A stretch of 64,000 bases of DNA from Coniocarpon cinnabarinum (lineage: Eukaryota). Below the pieces are notes generated by a model. The model had not been told where the DNA came from. It searched no databases and saw only the letters and a list, made by a program, of their open reading frames with translations. Shown piece by piece: positions 19,981 to 32,120 of this stretch. Location: positions 1-64,000 of the forward strand of contig JAVECO010000106.1 in assembly GCA_051942205.1 (NCBI GenBank). The letters run 5' to 3'. A program made the translations under genes and the position numbers. Numbering within the stretch: the stretch's first letter is position 1; each line of letters opens with the position of its first letter.

Positions 19981-22900
19981 ATGGGCGGACGGGGAATCTT
20001 AGGTAAGTAGCCTCCTCACGTCTTGACCCCGGGTCCCACGTGCTTGGGCGCAAAAGTTGCCATGCACAGCTATGTCGAGTAGTGGTTCTGACGCGGTCAT
20101 TATGAAGGGGGCAAGGCCCAGCAAAACACTTTGACAGCCACTCGTCCGGAGGTAGCCCCCGCTGTGAATGCCATTGTGAGGTTCCTCGTAATCATACAGC
20201 TTCTGGCAGTGCAGGCGCTGTCAAGCGCTGAAAGTCCATCCGTGTTTCCCACACTCATAGTTGCGCGAGATGGCACACCCATTTCAACGGCCTTTCCGGG
20301 GCCTCCAGCCACTTCCTCAGTCACTCTTTCAACAAGTAGTCTCAGCTCCACGGTGAGCGCTTCGCTCGTTTCCACAGCAAATTCGACATCGACATACGCG
20401 AACAGCACAAGCTCTTCAGTGGCGTCAAACCAAACATCATCGACGCAGACATCCTCATCGAGCTCTCAAAACGCCACGATCACCTCTGCGCCTGGCAATG
20501 GGTCTTGCCCACAGCAGTACTCATTTGGTTATACGCCTCCTGAGCTGGGCTCTACAGGATCTGGTTCGTCTTTTGCATCTGCGTGTATGAGTGCGGTCTT
20601 GGAATGGGGAAGCGCGGTGTCAGCGTGGCACACAGCAAATTTCATGAATGCAACGGACCCAGTTTCCTGGACACAGACAGTTACTAATCAGAATCTTACC
20701 ACACGTCACCCACTGGTCCCATCGACAGACAAATGCGACCCTTATCCTCGAATCGCTGGGACGCAAAAGATCGATACCGTTTCTTATGTCACGACATTTA
20801 CTGAGGTCGACCCTGGCTCTTTGAGCACTGCCCGGCCAGGCTGTACCAAGTATGACTATTACAGTCCACCAGTTTCAGCACCCAGCTGCCAGTTTCCCAT
20901 CACTGATTGTCCGTCGCTGCCCCAAACCATGCAGTCTTGGCTACAAGCTTCCGGCAACATGCTGTACAATGGCTGCTCGGCGGACAAGCCCCATCAATTT
21001 AGTACGTGTACTGTGGTAGCTAGCACAGTCCAACTTTACTATTGGCCCGAAACCACCCAGTCAGGAGCACCAGCATCGTGTGACGACTCAGGAGGCGTCA
21101 TTTATCCAACTGTGGCCCCTCCAAATGGTACACGAGTCGCTACGATCACTCTGGACAGCCCAGGCGGTGGCCAGAACGCTACCCGTCCAAATATGACGCT
21201 GGGTGTAAATGCGTCAAATCCCAACGTCCTTGTGATGACTTCACCCTCAGTCTACCTAGCTATCCAAGGAGTCAGTGCAGTAAATTCCTACAATGTTATG
21301 TTTCAATCCAAAGTTGGCAGTGTTGGCTCCGCGCACGTCGCGTCGACCGTCATTTCCTATCTACCGCAGCATTTGTCGAGCATAGAACAACATATCAGTG
21401 GCTTTAGTGGTCCATGGCAAAGTGAATTGGATATTTTAGTAGGCGGGAATTACTCATCTCTTACGAACGTCCCACGCTCTTATGACCTGCGGAACCTTCA
21501 GCGTCCTGTGCCACCGTCAGCTTATTTTTTCAGAGCAACAGACGTTGTGACGCCAGCGCAAACAGGCAGCAGTTTTCAATCAAACACCTTTTACGGTCCT
21601 CGAGATACTACTATTAGCAACGACTACAAGGCTTACATTGCTGTGCCTTCCCAGCTTCGTGAGATGGATCCGGCCTGGGACGATTGCATACTTGCTCTAG
21701 GCGGCATTTACGATCCACCAATCCCAATCTTTTCAGCGTCTTTCGTTGCTGCTTCTCCAACACAAGCACCTATCCAGGGACCCAATCAACCAGTCTCAAC
21801 GTCTGCTACGCCAGCGCCAACGGCTACACCCCCTTTGCCTCATCCTACAACAACATCGAAACCTGCTGTTGTTCAGTCACAGCCAGGTGGCGCACAGCCG
21901 GCACCTGAGCCTGTGAGCTCAGTACCGTTTACACAACATGCCACACAGCAGCCGGTTGCTGATCCACCCAAAAGCGATCCGCCAGCAGCCGCTCCTGGAC
22001 CCAGTGATCCAGCTAGCCAAGGTCCAGCAGTCGCCAATCCGCCTCCACAACAAACTCAGAATCCTGGTGAACCCAATCCAGTAGCCCCGCAACCCGCAAA
22101 TCCGTCTTCTGCGCCTACTCCGAACGGGGCTTTCGGACTCGGGGGCTCGACTCAGCAATCCGTGGTGCCGCAGCAACCAGTGCCAGCTGCTCAAAATCCG
22201 GCACCTCAGCCGGTTCAGCCAGCTGCTAATACACAGCCGAGTGCCGCGTCTGGCAGCGCGACCGATCTCCAAGCGTCTGCAGCCCCGCCTGCGGCTCCGC
22301 AAGTGCAGCCGGCCGCAAATCCTGAACCCGCGAGTGGATCCAGTGGCACAGGGAACAGTCCTCAAGCCCCTGCATTTCAGCCTCTGGCGGGAAACAATGG
22401 TCTCACGGGGCAAGCTTCAGATCCACAGAATATCGACATTCCTGATACTGGGTCTCTTGCATTGGGTGCGAATGGCGGCTCACCGGCTCAAGGAAGTGCA
22501 GACATCGGCAACGTTGCCAAACCTGAACCAATCCCAGCACCAGCACCACCTCAAGCCGATGTTCAAATTGCGCCTGGATCGTCACTGCAAGCCCAGCAGG
22601 CCACAGTTGTTCAACAAGATGGTGCAGTAAGAGGAGACGCTATTGCTGTTGCTGGAAGCACAATTCTGCCAGGGGGTGCCGCTGCGACTGTGAGCGGCCA
22701 AGTCATCAGTGCCAATCCAGGTGGAGCCATTAACGTTGGAGGGTCCATTAATGTACCTCTTTCAACGCCGCCGCCTCCTCCAGCTATTCCTCAGGCTCAG
22801 CCTCAAACAGGTGCCATCATTGCTCCTCCAGCGGCTGGCGGCTCATTCGTGACAGCGCTGCAAACAAAGGATGCGCAAGGCAAACCTGCGGCAATTGTGC

Positions 22901-24015
22901 AAGGAAATACAATCAATCCAGGCAGCGGTCCAGCGACAATCAATAACCAGGTCTTCTCTGTCAATCCTCAAGGTCAGCTTCTGGTGCAATCCACGCCTGG
23001 CGCTGCTCCGTCAGCTGTTCCGTTCTCTGCTTTGCCAGTCAACACGGTAGGGGTTGGCAATGCTGCGCCTTCCTCAGGAGCAGTGTTCAGCGCCGGTGCC
23101 GGGAACGCTCCGCTCACAGCTATCGCTACCACTCTCCCAAATGGTCAGAAGCTTGCTGTTGTTGGTTCTCAGACACTCGCCGCGGGAGGCGCGCCATTGG
23201 TCACGAATGGTGCAACCTTTTCTGCCGCACCAGATGGAGGCATAATAGCAGTCTCTGATGGTAAAACTTCAACCGCCTCTCCTTCGGCCCTAGCTCCTAT
23301 GAACGATCTAATTCCCATGACGCTGGCGCCCGGCATATCTGGTACCAGTTCTGCCATCACCGGTGCGAATGGACAAACTACACCGGTTCTCAAGTTGGCT
23401 GATGGCAAGCTCCTGTCCGCTGGTGGGTCGCCTGTCACATCAAACGGAAAAACACTCTCCGCTGATTCCGCTGGCAACGTGCTGGTGGCTCAGAATGGAC
23501 ACACCTCCACAGTGCCGATGCAATCATCGCACGGTCAAACAGCAGCGAGCAACGTGCTGTACCTTGACCCTGGTGCCTCTGTGCTGGTCGGGCCCGTATC
23601 AAAAGTGACGGGCACTGACGGGAAGGCTACACCGGTCGAAGCATTAGGTAACGGCATGACCTTGACTGCGGGCGGAAAACCAAGCGTAGTCAATGGCCAT
23701 ACTTTGAGCCTGGCAAGTGATGGCAGGGGAGTCCTTGTGGACGGAACCAGGAGCGCCACGTTGCCAACTGCATCTGCACCACGAGACTCCGCCAGCACAT
23801 CTGGTCCCGACGGTCACAATGGCGGGAGCGCAAGTGGGTCTGGCGGCGGATCAAACGGCGACATTTCATTGACAGACCCCACACAAGCAACCCCATCCGG
23901 GACGGGCATCGGGACTACAAAGCCAAATGTGGGCACTCGCGTACGGTCAGGAACAGTGACGCAATGCGCTTGCTGGTGGCTCGTCTTTGAGTTATGGTAC
24001 ATATGGACCAAATGA
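19981..24015 (+). CDS. Large Ser/Thr/Pro/Ala-rich secreted or GPI-anchored mucin-like cell-surface protein
   Basis: Hydrophobic N-terminal segment IVRFLVIIQLLAVQALS; Cys-containing domain (TVQLYYWP, TSPSVY, DPAWDDC..GIYDPP); P/Q/A-rich linker; repeated G-x-T-L-x-x-GG beta-type units; hydrophobic C-terminus. The long frame has no ATG before the signal. Inferred exon 1 is 19981-20002 with a GTAAGT donor and in-frame acceptors at 20107 or 20137. Confidence 0.8.
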
Positions 24016-24384
24016 GGTGCTATAGCGAGTGCAGGGAGTATGTCGTCATGCGGAGATGTAGAAAAATGATAGAGATACCTAATGACATAGGCATGTTTTA
24101 TTCCTAAACCTCATATGCCTGCGAAGGGAGCTTCATTTGTTTAGTGCTTGAAAACCTGGGCACCTGCCAGGGCCGGCCCCGTGCTTGCAGACAACATTGG
24201 GGTTTGCTGGTGTGACTCCAGGAGACTGGTCACAGTTGTAACAATCTTCCTTCCAGCTTGGACCTGGGACCTAATCACGCTACAAAAATATACTTGTAGT
24301 CCGCGATGTTGATGCACACGTACCTATACACAAGGATGGAGAGTTGGAACAGAGGAGAGCGAAACGCTATGTACTATCGCAAGG

Positions 24385-24532
24385 TTCCGAAAGGCAAGTA
24401 CTTGGCGCATCTTAATTTAGCATTTCATGAATTGCATAGGGTTTTCGCTGTAGTGCTCATAGCTTTGTGATCCAAATTGTTCTCATTGCACAGGCTTGTC
24501 CGAGATCCGGCAACGACTTTTGTCACTGACCT
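24385..24532 (+). repeat. Copy of the ~150-bp intergenic monomer
   Basis: GTACTTGGCGCATCTTAATTTAGCAT..GGTTTTCGCT(24440)..GGCTTGTC(24493)..GATCCGGCAACGACTTTTGTCACTGAC, collinear with the 54815 and 59229 copies. Confidence 0.85.
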
Positions 24533-25465
24533 TCGCCGGCTAAACGGCTTTCTCAGCCTGCACTCACACAGCAGTACACATGCGGTTAACCGGCATGCGG
24601 TACGCTATTGTTCATGTCTTGCTTGATGCAGCAGCTCCCCCTGCGGCTCACGTGTAGAGCAAGCTCTGGGGAACCTTTCTTCCGTACATGATGTGAGACG
24701 AGAAGTTCGCAAGCTGTACATAGTGATTCTAACCGTATTTTACAACACCCGTCTTCAAATCTCTGAGATGACCATGATCTGTGTCTAGTTGTGCTACATT
24801 GTGGAACTGAACGCTGGGTCGATGTTGTCTCTGAATGCGATGACGACCTCCCCTGAGGTGTCTGTCTACCAGCTCCCATGTGTCGCCACCCTACCCACTG
24901 TTTTCTCCAGCACATGGAGCCGCTATGGCCCGTTCCTGCGCCTCATCGAAGATTGACAGGCCATTCGAGGCTAAAATGGTCCATATTGGGCATTTTGAGG
25001 AGTCCATCACTTTGGTGGTGTTTGTATTGTCGCGAAACACTGACTCTCTCAAACGCTTTTCGTACAAGAACCCTGTTCTTTCTTGGAAGATTGTCAAAGC
25101 TACCTCTGCTTTCCTTCCGTTGCGTTCATCTGCAAATTTCGTTTTCTTCGGGCTTTTTCTTAAGCGTTACGCTCACCCCCGTACGCCAAAGAACTATTTC
25201 GGGCCATTGTAAAAGGCTGCACCAACCCGGGCAGGTCACATCCCTCGTCACTGTGCTCATTCTAGCTACATTCACCACACACAGCATCAGTCAGCAAAAA
25301 ATTGAGGTCTACGGAGACGTAACTCCACCCCGGAAATGCAAGTCCTGATGTTGCCATTCTCAGTCACCCCGCTCAACATCCTGCACTTAACCAGAACCTT
25401 GCAAGATAAGCCCCGTTTGCCACCGAACTGGACCGACTGTTCTAATTGTGAGGTGGCTTCCCATT

Positions 25466-25840
25466 ATGTGTTTCTACGATCACGCCGATTACGGTTGCTC
25501 GACGCACTCGAGCCTGCGACGCTTCTCAGAGCGATGCCCAAAGGCCAAATTTGATGCCGTCAAAGATGACTTCATCTGCCCGTAAGCCCATTGTAGAGGA
25601 GCACGTCTTTCCAGATACCGGCGCACGCTGACTTCTTCCATCGGAAGAGCAAAGGAGAAGTGGGTCTTCAGCAGCTATTCAGAAAGCGAACGCGACGAGG
25701 AGCTTGGGCATACGTGCCCTTTATGTCCGCCGGACGAAGACAGCGACGACAGCGGAGACAGGGACCTGAGAGGCTTTGAAGAGATGTCGCGGCTTCAGGA
25801 GGTCAACATGTGCGCATCGCTCACACCAGAAATGCGATGA
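25466..25840 (+). CDS. Small Cys/His-patterned hypothetical protein (102 aa, 2 exons)
   Basis: Exon 1 25466-25581 MCFYDHADYGCSTHSSLRRFSERCPKAKFDAVKDDFICP; intron 25582-25647 (GTAAGC..GCTGAC..AAG); exon 2 AKEKWVF...HTCPLCPPDEDSDD...EMR*. MC-x-Y-x-C-x-H...C...C...CxxC pattern. Confidence 0.7.
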
Positions 25841-27236
25841 CTAGTTGACCAGGGAAGCCGACTGATTGCACTCGCACACTCACAAAGACCAAACCACGTC
25901 GGCTGCATGATCCTGCGCACGAAACTTTTATTGCGGACTGTGTTAGGTTATTGCTTGACGAGTGACGAGGACTTCGTTGGATCAGGACGCTATCTGAGAC
26001 GAGGAAAGAATGGAGCTTGCTGTCAGGCACAGCTTAGAGATCTGTACTGATGTCCTAGATTCATGGAACCAGCCAATAACGTCTACAATTGGCCAGTGGG
26101 AGCTGTATCATATGATGGTTATGTATAAGAGTGATTAAAGGAAGTGCCTAGGATGCTTGGCATCGCATTTCATATCAAGGTTTAAAGGACTGTGTCTGAG
26201 TAACTTCAAAGGCACCGAGATACCCTCTACATTACTTGCAAGGAGCTCCAGTCCAGAAGCGAACCCCAAGTATATGTTCGCAACCCCTACCAATGTTGCT
26301 TCACCGGTAGTGATGTTATGATGATAAAGTCACGTGTGGGCAAGAGACTAAAATGCGCGCCAAGCATGAAGCAGCGACCACTTCGTTCTGGTTCAGGCGT
26401 TTCTCAGATCATACCATTGCCACCTCTCCTAGGTGCCTACAATTTCCAGACTGTTTGACTGTTCCGCTGTCTTGCGTCATGAAATAGCCATCACACTTGC
26501 CTGACTTCGATATTGCTGGCTCAGTGCGGACTTGAAACCTACCGTGGTCTCGCATGGCACAGCATGATCCTGACTCTTCTGGATCGGCATACGAGATTAC
26601 TCACAGAACAGCTGCAATGACTGGACCTTCTACATATCGCTGCAGTCATGAGACGTGTGCACACTCGAATCGCCACCTTCAGCTCTTGCAACTCTCGATC
26701 CGCGCCAGTCTTGGCGGAGTAGTCGCCACGTGGGGAAATCTGTGACAGAGGTAGCCCATCATCACAGACTGCTGCATGGGGAAATCTCCCCGATCTGCAA
26801 GACCTCAATGTATTCTCATCATCTGATCTGCGTGTCTGCTTCGCTGACATGGCTTGCCGTGCCAGCGAGCTGCAAAGCATCAGCACGTCTGTCTACGTGG
26901 CTGCCGGGCTCGCTGGGATGTCTGTGCAAACGCTCAGAGACTGTGCATCGGAGCCTGGTCGCCGGTCGAGGTGAGCAGGCGCGATCGCTGTGCGCAGGCC
27001 ATCGAAGGACGAGGGACCCACCGCAGCAGTGCTTGCCATCACACGCCGCCCGCCAACCCGTCCCCATTTATGTATGTGGCCCCCCGCTATGATGCGGTTT
27101 GTTTGTCATTTCCCAAGCATTTGGTGATGAACCTGTCTTGGAGCGCAGTACGTGCAGGATGGAGCGGCGTCCAGTGCGCGCGACTCGCGCCATGCATTCC
27201 CAAGGCCATTTCGAAGGCTCGTCTGCCTCTGCTCCA

Positions 27237-29606
27237 ATGAGCCCGGCGCCGCCAAATCGGTCCCGTTCTCGCAAAAACGTTACTTCGGCCTGTCTTCTGT
27301 GCCAAAAAAAGCGGTCAAAAGTATGCTTGATCCGCTTCAAAGAGAGACCCTCATCGTTGCATAACCCTGGCATGAAGACGTCCTCTTGTGCGCACTGACT
27401 TTGATACTTGCTGTAGTGCACGGGTACCCAGCCCTGTTCACTCTGTGCAAAAGCCGACGTTGAATGCATCTACGATCTAACTAAAGACACGCGAAGAGAC
27501 AGACAGGCCACACATCAGGCTGTTAAACGTAGACTCGAAGATTTGGAGCAAGATGTGGCCAAGTACCAGCGTCTTGTCGGTTACTTGGGCCGTTGCCAAT
27601 CGCCAGAGGCCGACGCAGTCACCTCTCTTCTCCGCAGCCATGCTTCTGCCGAGGAAGTCATTCACTACATGAACTCAGACACGACCTTTTTGGACAGCGC
27701 GTTGGGCGGCAATGCTCAAGTCTTCCGCAAAGCTGTGAGTGACTATGCTGACGATCTGGGTCAGCCCCTGAAGGCGGGAACAGGCAATGCGCTGCGACCT
27801 TCTCCACTTATATCGACGACGGGCGGCCCGCCGATAGAGGTCCCGGCAAAGCCTTGGACTGACGTTATTGACAGCGATGAGCTTGTTAGTTATTTGGTGT
27901 CCATCTACTTCACATGGATGGCGCTTCTTGTTCCCGTAATTGAGCAAGATTCGTTCATTGACGCTATGAAGTCCCAGAAGTTGGACTCAGTCTTCTGCTC
28001 CCGCTCTGTTGTCAATGCCATCTGCGCCTCTGCCTGCGTACGTCTGTCGCAATGAAGGGGCTTCATGGCCTGAACTGCGGCTCACGGCTGACCGCTATCA
28101 CTACTAGCTTTATCCTGTGGTTTCCACCACCGTCCCTCTGGTCCAGCCGAACGGCCCCCTTCATGACCGATTCCTGAGTCAAGCATGGCAAGAACTTGAG
28201 GATAACAAAAGCCAGGAATGTTTAACAGATTTGCAGGCGATAGCCATCCTCGGCGTTGACATGTCTCTGAGCGGCAGTGGACGAGAATCTGTAAGGCTGA
28301 TGGCTCAAACAGCGCAAAATGCTAGGGAATGGGCTGTCAAAGTGGACTCCTCCGATTCGGCTTTCACCTCACAACAAGAGGCTTCGGCGTTCCGGTGCGC
28401 TAGAAATCGTATCGCGTGGGGAGCATGGCGTCTTAATGTGTGGGTCAAAGCAACCTATCTTATATCAAATCCGGCTACTGCCACTAACAAAGCATGAACA
28501 TAGTCTCACATCGCTCTGCCATCAGATGCCGGCGTACACTTTCCCTCCGCCTCTGGATAGATTACCTGTCGATCACCAAAACGGTGCCAGCGACTGGATA
28601 CCCTACCCGTTCGATGCTCCGAGTGTCGATCTCCACCAGGGATGCTACTTCGACAGTGCTTGTGATTTAAGTCTTATTGAACACGATGTTTGCCTCGCCA
28701 CGTTCCCTCTCGAAGATAAGCCACCCTCTCAGGCTCGAGATGATCAAATTGTAGCGTGCTTACTGGCATTGCACCGGTGGCAGGAATACCGGCCTTCGTG
28801 TCTCCAAGTACACCCTCGCTTTTCAGCGTACGCCCTAAGCCTTCTGTACGTATCAAGCTTTCACGGTGTCTTGCAAAGCGGCAAATCTAATTGACTCCCA
28901 CAGCATGGAGTCACACCACATGGGCATTGCCGTGGCTGGCTATCTGCGTGCTGGGCAGGAGAAAGAACAGGAGCATGAAGGAGAGAAGGACACGAGTTTA
29001 CAAGCTGAGAACCCATCACCGTCAATGCTCCGGATGATGCTTTCCGACCATTTTCACAAGTCGCGCTCCCCTGTTACGAAGAGCGACGCGCATGCAATTT
29101 GCATAGAACACAGCCTTCAAGTCGCTCACTACGCCAGGATTTATAACGCGCAGCTGGATTACAGCTTCGCGCCCCCGACACTCATGCAATGGATCGTGGT
29201 TGCAATGTTCGGATTGCTAGAAGCTCTCGACGACGCAGAGTGCAGTGCCGCGTTCTGCGACTTGTGCATCTATCTGAGGAGTTACTCTCGCGCAATACCC
29301 CTGGCCAAGGGCATGTTTCGCTTGGTGCAGCTGCGGGCACGATCCATGCAGGCTGCGCTCCCTCTGAAAACGCGCGTGCTATTCGACGACTTCGAAGCCA
29401 GTGACTGGCGACGAGAGGACGGCGCGCGGCTCACGAGCAACTACCCAGATGCGGCGGCTGCTTTTGCGGGCCAAGGCTGGGATCGGAGCGAAGTTGAGAT
29501 GGATCGGATTTTGCAAAGAACGTCAAATTTAGACCTGGATGGTCGCAGCGAGCCAGACCCGAAGTTGGGCGAGGATGTGATCGACCCTAGACTTCTTGGA
29601 GCGTGA
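27237..29606 (+). CDS. Zn(II)2Cys6 fungal transcription factor (NirA-like architecture)
   Basis: ACLLCQKKRSK|CTGTQPCSLCAKADVEC across intron ~27321-27416; coiled coil; middle homology region (KPWTDV..VSYLVSIYFTW..FCSRSVVNAICASAC). Further introns near 28038, 28438 and 28847. Start may be upstream (27159 or 27192, in frame). Confidence 0.9.
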
Positions 29607-32120
29607 AGTATGTCTTGAGACACTTGACGGTGATGTCTCGCCTGCAGCCACCAGTCTTGCGCTTCATCCAATTCTCCATATAGATCTGCTCTCATGCTCT
29701 TTCGATTCACAAAGCAACTAAGTGCTTATTGTCCGCGCCCGAATTGAAACTTTTTCTCGCGACTTGCATGTCTTTTGGGGTCGAGGGTTTTGTCCCCTAT
29801 TGGTGTCATTACCTTATATCTGGACATCGCCGTCAACGCTCCTACATGACGGATGCTTCTTCCATCACCACGACAACAAGCGAGGCTTACCGCCCGGGAT
29901 TGTCTGAGAACTTGGGGAATGCCGAGTAACGCATGTGCCCGACTAGCACATTACTACCACAGACCTATCACTCACACATCACCCGCTCGCACATCCATTG
30001 TACGCACACCGCTGAGATGCACATCACCAGCTCGCACGTCAATATCCGTGTTCTTTTGAAAGCAATATTTCTTGTGCCTGTATCATACTCACTATGTTGA
30101 CTTGAAGAATGACATATACCCACTCAGCACAGTGCTGCCCAAATTACCAACGAGTGTGTAGCAATTTCGACGTGTGCCCACTGAAACACTACATCTCAAC
30201 GCCGCTTCTTCCCGCCGCGAAAGTCATCTCGAATCATTCATGGCTTGGTGCTGTCGTTTTGCCTGCTTGCTCGCTTGGCGTGCAAGTCAGCTCGTGTAAT
30301 CGCTTGTTCAACGCCGTCGCATGAGTTCCAAGCAGAGTCTTCAAATCCGACATCCGCATTGACCACGCCTTGCGTGTTCAAGCGCGGGTGCCCGACTTGT
30401 ACACGTCTTGCCTGAGGCTCATTGGTATCGAGATGGACGGTACTCGCAGACGAGTGGGCTCACGCTTGTCGCTACGTCTGCGTGTTGAGAATTCTTGGTG
30501 GATGAGCACATGTCCGGGCGTCTCAAACGCTTTCGCTGTATGAGATGGCCTTGCGACTCGCTCTCGCTCTTGAGTTCTTCTAAGATCTGAAGATCTGCAA
30601 TACCACGTCCTCAGCCAGGCCTCAATGAGAATAGCGAATAAGACTTGAGCTGCGTCGGTGCCATGAAGAACTCATTTTGCACTTTCCGTTGCCAGAAACG
30701 GGTTTATTAAGAACGGATTGACATTCACCACGTCTTTGAGATTCGGCGCGCGTTTGATATTGTCTAGCAGGGCGACGCGAATAGGACGTCAGAGATGGAT
30801 GAGATTAATGCTTTACGAGATTAGTGGCATAGTCGCTAAACTCACAAACGTGGAAGTTCTTCTGTGCTTCGTCATGCTTTTCAGTCGCGTCGAAATGAGA
30901 GCCGGGAATGCCGTGCAACAGTCGAATATGACCATTCTAGCAGGATTTGCCTTGCGCCACCTCACCTCACGCCCCTTTACCTTACGTTCTACTGCTCCCT
31001 CTCCTACTCTTTCATCTTCCACTACTTGATCTCCCATCACTTTACCTCCCGCCATTTGACACTACGTTCCGCAACTCAGAACCCTATTAGCAAACAAAAG
31101 TCCCAATAAATTCCAAAGCCAGCGATAACCCGTAGTCCTTATCTGTTCGCTGCACCACACACAGCTGTGCGTGCTTCAGGTACGAGCCCATACTTTGTTC
31201 AAACAAGTGAATGAGGTATGTAAGGCGCAGATGTTGAGACAAGTATTCCCTGCCATCAAGGCATTGCTTAACCTCGTAGAGCGACGGATAAATGGCCGCC
31301 TGAAGCATCAGATCACGGCAGGCATGCAAAAGCGAGCACGCGCACTGTCAAGTCGAAGCCGAGGGTTGATCGACAGCGGTGATTTCCACTTCACTGCTGA
31401 GGAGGATAAGCGTTTCGAGCTGACATTGAGACGCATCGGAAGAGCGCGGCCTTCCCGATATCGATGAAGCTCAGGTCATTTCGTCTAGGCTAGCTCCTCT
31501 CGCCAGTGCTCAAATGCGTGGAAAGCGCGTCATGCATTGTGGCGACGGAAGTCGCACATCATGACCCAGTCCCACTATTACATCAGAAAATACGGCCACA
31601 TCTCGGGAGAAAGTGCGACGGCTATTGCGCATTGCCGCCTCTATCATTGATACACTGCTGTTTATGATCGCGGTCACGCCTTAACGATGCCGTGGCGTCG
31701 TTTCAGTAGATGCGATTATCAATCCTCATCCCCTTTGGCCATAGAATCTCAGTATGGTTGGTAAATGATTCGGCCGTTGTTGGCTCGCTTGTGGTCACAC
31801 TTAGCTTGTGGGTTTGGCCCTTACTCTTGTCAGTTTTGGTAGCGTGCGCTACCCAGCTAGAACCAAATTAAGCTTCTATAGAGTACTTAATATTCTACTT
31901 ATTAGTACGATGGCTTCATTTTCGTGCGCCTTATCTCCAATTGAGAGAGGGCTGCTGGCTAGGTACCAAACTCATGGATTACCAGTCTCGTCTCCTGGCG
32001 GTCTCTGAGGGATCTTATACGATGCGCACTTGATAGCGACGCTACATTCATCAGCTTCGATCATTACAAAGTGAGATGCACTGTGGCTTACTCATTTCGC
32101 AGCATGGGCTAGGTTAAGAG

